NCBI GenBank assembly: GCA_963797555.1
Contig: CAWCPV010000008.1
Span: 32,001-96,000, forward strand
DNA from: an uncultured Gammaproteobacteria bacterium
Lineage (GTDB): Bacteria; Pseudomonadota; Gammaproteobacteria; CAWCPV01
Length of the DNA: 64,000 nucleotides
Reading direction: 5' to 3'
In this document: piece after piece, positions 62,288-64,000 of the stretch
How positions within the stretch are numbered: the stretch's first letter is position 1
How the letters are laid out: each line of letters starts with the position of its first letter
The notes under the pieces: model-generated
Databases searched by the model: none
The model's input: the letters and a program-made list of their open reading frames with translations, nothing else
What the model was told of the DNA's origin: nothing
Made by a program: the position numbers and the translations under genes

Positions 62288-64000
62288 CTACCGCAGGCGC
62301 TCGCTATCGGTGCGGGCCAGGGCTGCCTCCAGGTCCTCGATGCGCGTGACCGGCGCGTCACAGGTTTGGCCGGTGCAGACGTAGGCGACTGCCGCCCCTA
62401 GCGGGCGGCGTTCGGCGAGCGAGCCTGGCAGTCCTTCCTCATGCGCCGGGATGGCGAGGCACAGCCGGTGGGGCGTATAACCCCGATGGCAGCGCTCGGC
62501 CCAGGGTGCGAGGGACTCCGGGTTTCCACGCAGCACCACGGTCTGAGGCGGGTACAGGTGCTCCTCCAGCGCGAGGAGCAGGGCGTTGTGGGCGTGGGGA
62601 GCCCGGATCAGGGTGTCCCAGCCCCCTTTCAGGGTGCGCTCCGCCGCCTCCAGGTAGCGAGGCTCGCCCAGCAGGTGCCCCAGGCGGGCCAGGGCAAAAG
62701 CGGCCACGCCGTTGCCGGCGGGTGTGGCGTCGTCCGCGAGGGGCTTGGGGCGCTGGATGAGATCTTCGTGATCGTCGGCGGTGAAGTAGAAGCCGCCGTG
62801 GTCGCGGTCCTCGAAGTGGCCGAGCAGCGTGTCTGCAAGCTGCACGGCGAAGTCCAGGTCGGCCGACCGGAAGCGTGCCTGGGCGAACTCCAGCAGCGCG
62901 TCGACGAGAAAGGCATAATCGTCCACGTAGGCCGGCAGATGCGCCACGCCGTCCTTGTACGTGGCGAGCAGGCGCCCATCCCGCCAGAGCCGCGCATGGA
63001 TGAAGTCCAGTGCATGCTCGGCCGAGTCCAGCAGATCGCTGCGCTGCAAGTGCCGCCCCGCGACGCTCATGCCCTTTATCATCAGGGCGTTCCACGAGGT
63101 AAGCACCTTATCGTCGCAGCCGGGCCGGACGCGCCCGTCGCGGGCGGCGAGCAGCTTGCGCCGGGCGCGGTCCAGGACCTCGGCGACCTCAGCTTCCGTG
63201 AGGCCGGTCGTCTGCGCGATCTGGCCCTCGGTACGCGCCACGTGCAGATGCCAGTGCCCCTCGAAGTTGGGCGGACGGTCCAGTCCGAAATGTTGCGCGG
63301 CTAGCCGGTATTCCTCCTCGTCCAGCAGCGACTGCACTTCCTCGCGGGTCCACACGTAGAACTTGCCTTCCTCGCCCTCCGAGTCGGCGTCCAGTGCGCA
63401 GTAGTAGCCGCCCTCGGGGGACTGCATCTCGCGCATCACCCAGGCGGCCGTGTCCTCGCAGATCTTGCGGAAGAGGGGGTCCCGCGTGACCTTCCAGGCG
63501 TCGGCATACAACGCAAGGAGCTGGCCATTGTCATAGAGCATCTTCTCGAAATGGGGGATCATCCAGCGCTCGTCCACGGAGTAGCGGCAGAAGCCGCCTC
63601 CGAGCTGGTCGTAGATCCCACCCCGGCCCATGCGGGCGAGGGTGTATCGAGCCATCTCCAGCGCCCGATGGTCGGCTGCTTCGGTGCTCGCGTAGTGCCG
63701 AAGCAGACGTTCCAGGCTGCCGGGGTGCGGGAACTTGGGCGCCGGGCTGAAGCCACCATACTGCCGGTCGTAGCTGCTCTCCAGCTCCTGCCTCGCTTGG
63801 TCCAGGGGGGAGGGGTCCAACACCGCCTGGTCCGGATCGGATTGGGGGACGGTACGCTGCAGGAAGTCGACCACCGAGCGATTCTGGCTCTCTACGTCTT
63901 CACGGCGCTCGCGGTAGAAGCCGGCCACTCGCTGCAGCAGGTCCTTGAATGCGGGCAGCCCGTGGCGGGGCTCGCGGGGAAAGTAGGTGCCGCCGAAAAA
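62288..64000 (-). CDS. YyaL/SSP411-like thioredoxin-domain protein (5' end beyond window)
   Basis: APKFP, GGGFCRYSVD, PHFEKMLYDN, DDKVLTSWN. Confidence 0.92.
   Translation of the reverse strand, partial: FFGGTYFPREPRHGLPAFKDLLQRVAGFYRERREDVESQNRSVVDFLQRTVPQSDPDQAVLDPSPLDQARQELESSYDRQYGGFSPAPKFPHPGSLERLLRHYASTEAADHRALEMARYTLARMGRGGIYDQLGGGFCRYSVDERWMIPHFEKMLYDNGQLLALYADAWKVTRDPLFRKICEDTAAWVMREMQSPEGGYYCALDADSEGEEGKFYVWTREEVQSLLDEEEYRLAAQHFGLDRPPNFEGHWHLHVARTEGQIAQTTGLTEAEVAEVLDRARRKLLAARDGRVRPGCDDKVLTSWNALMIKGMSVAGRHLQRSDLLDSAEHALDFIHARLWRDGRLLATYKDGVAHLPAYVDDYAFLVDALLEFAQARFRSADLDFAVQLADTLLGHFEDRDHGGFYFTADDHEDLIQRPKPLADDATPAGNGVAAFALARLGHLLGEPRYLEAAERTLKGGWDTLIRAPHAHNALLLALEEHLYPPQTVVLRGNPESLAPWAERCHRGYTPHRLCLAIPAHEEGLPGSLAERRPLGAAVAYVCTGQTCDAPVTRIEDLEAALARTDSERLR

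Overview
GC-rich Gammaproteobacteria-type chromosomal window. The housekeeping backbone comprises mreBCD-mrdA-rodA-mltB, gatCAB, bfd-bfr, argG, corA, moaA, tesA, nfi, ugd, rnpB, mepA and argH-algZ-algR-hemC-hemD. Two accessory islands interrupt it: ~11.2-24.7 kb (genes mostly +) and ~44.7-51.5 kb (genes -). Both look like decaying integron cassette arrays with no integrase in the window (CALIN-like): short genes and toxin-antitoxin pairs separated by attC-like sites. They are riddled with mobile elements: ISL3, IS4, IS91-like and IS110-like remnants, a 5' group II intron fragment, an ORF-less group IIC intron inside an attC R'' box, and RAYT-like remnants ending in CTGACCCC. The most unusual pattern is that local duplications and micro-tandem repeats repeatedly abut the TGACCCC/GGGGTCA motif. 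Repeated promoter/leader (attI-like) modules also sit in front of cassette genes. An IS1182, a HerA-like ATPase and a vapBC pair follow argH. Single-base frameshifts even in mrdA suggest assembly errors, so pseudogene calls are uncertain. All calls were made by eye; no database searches were run.
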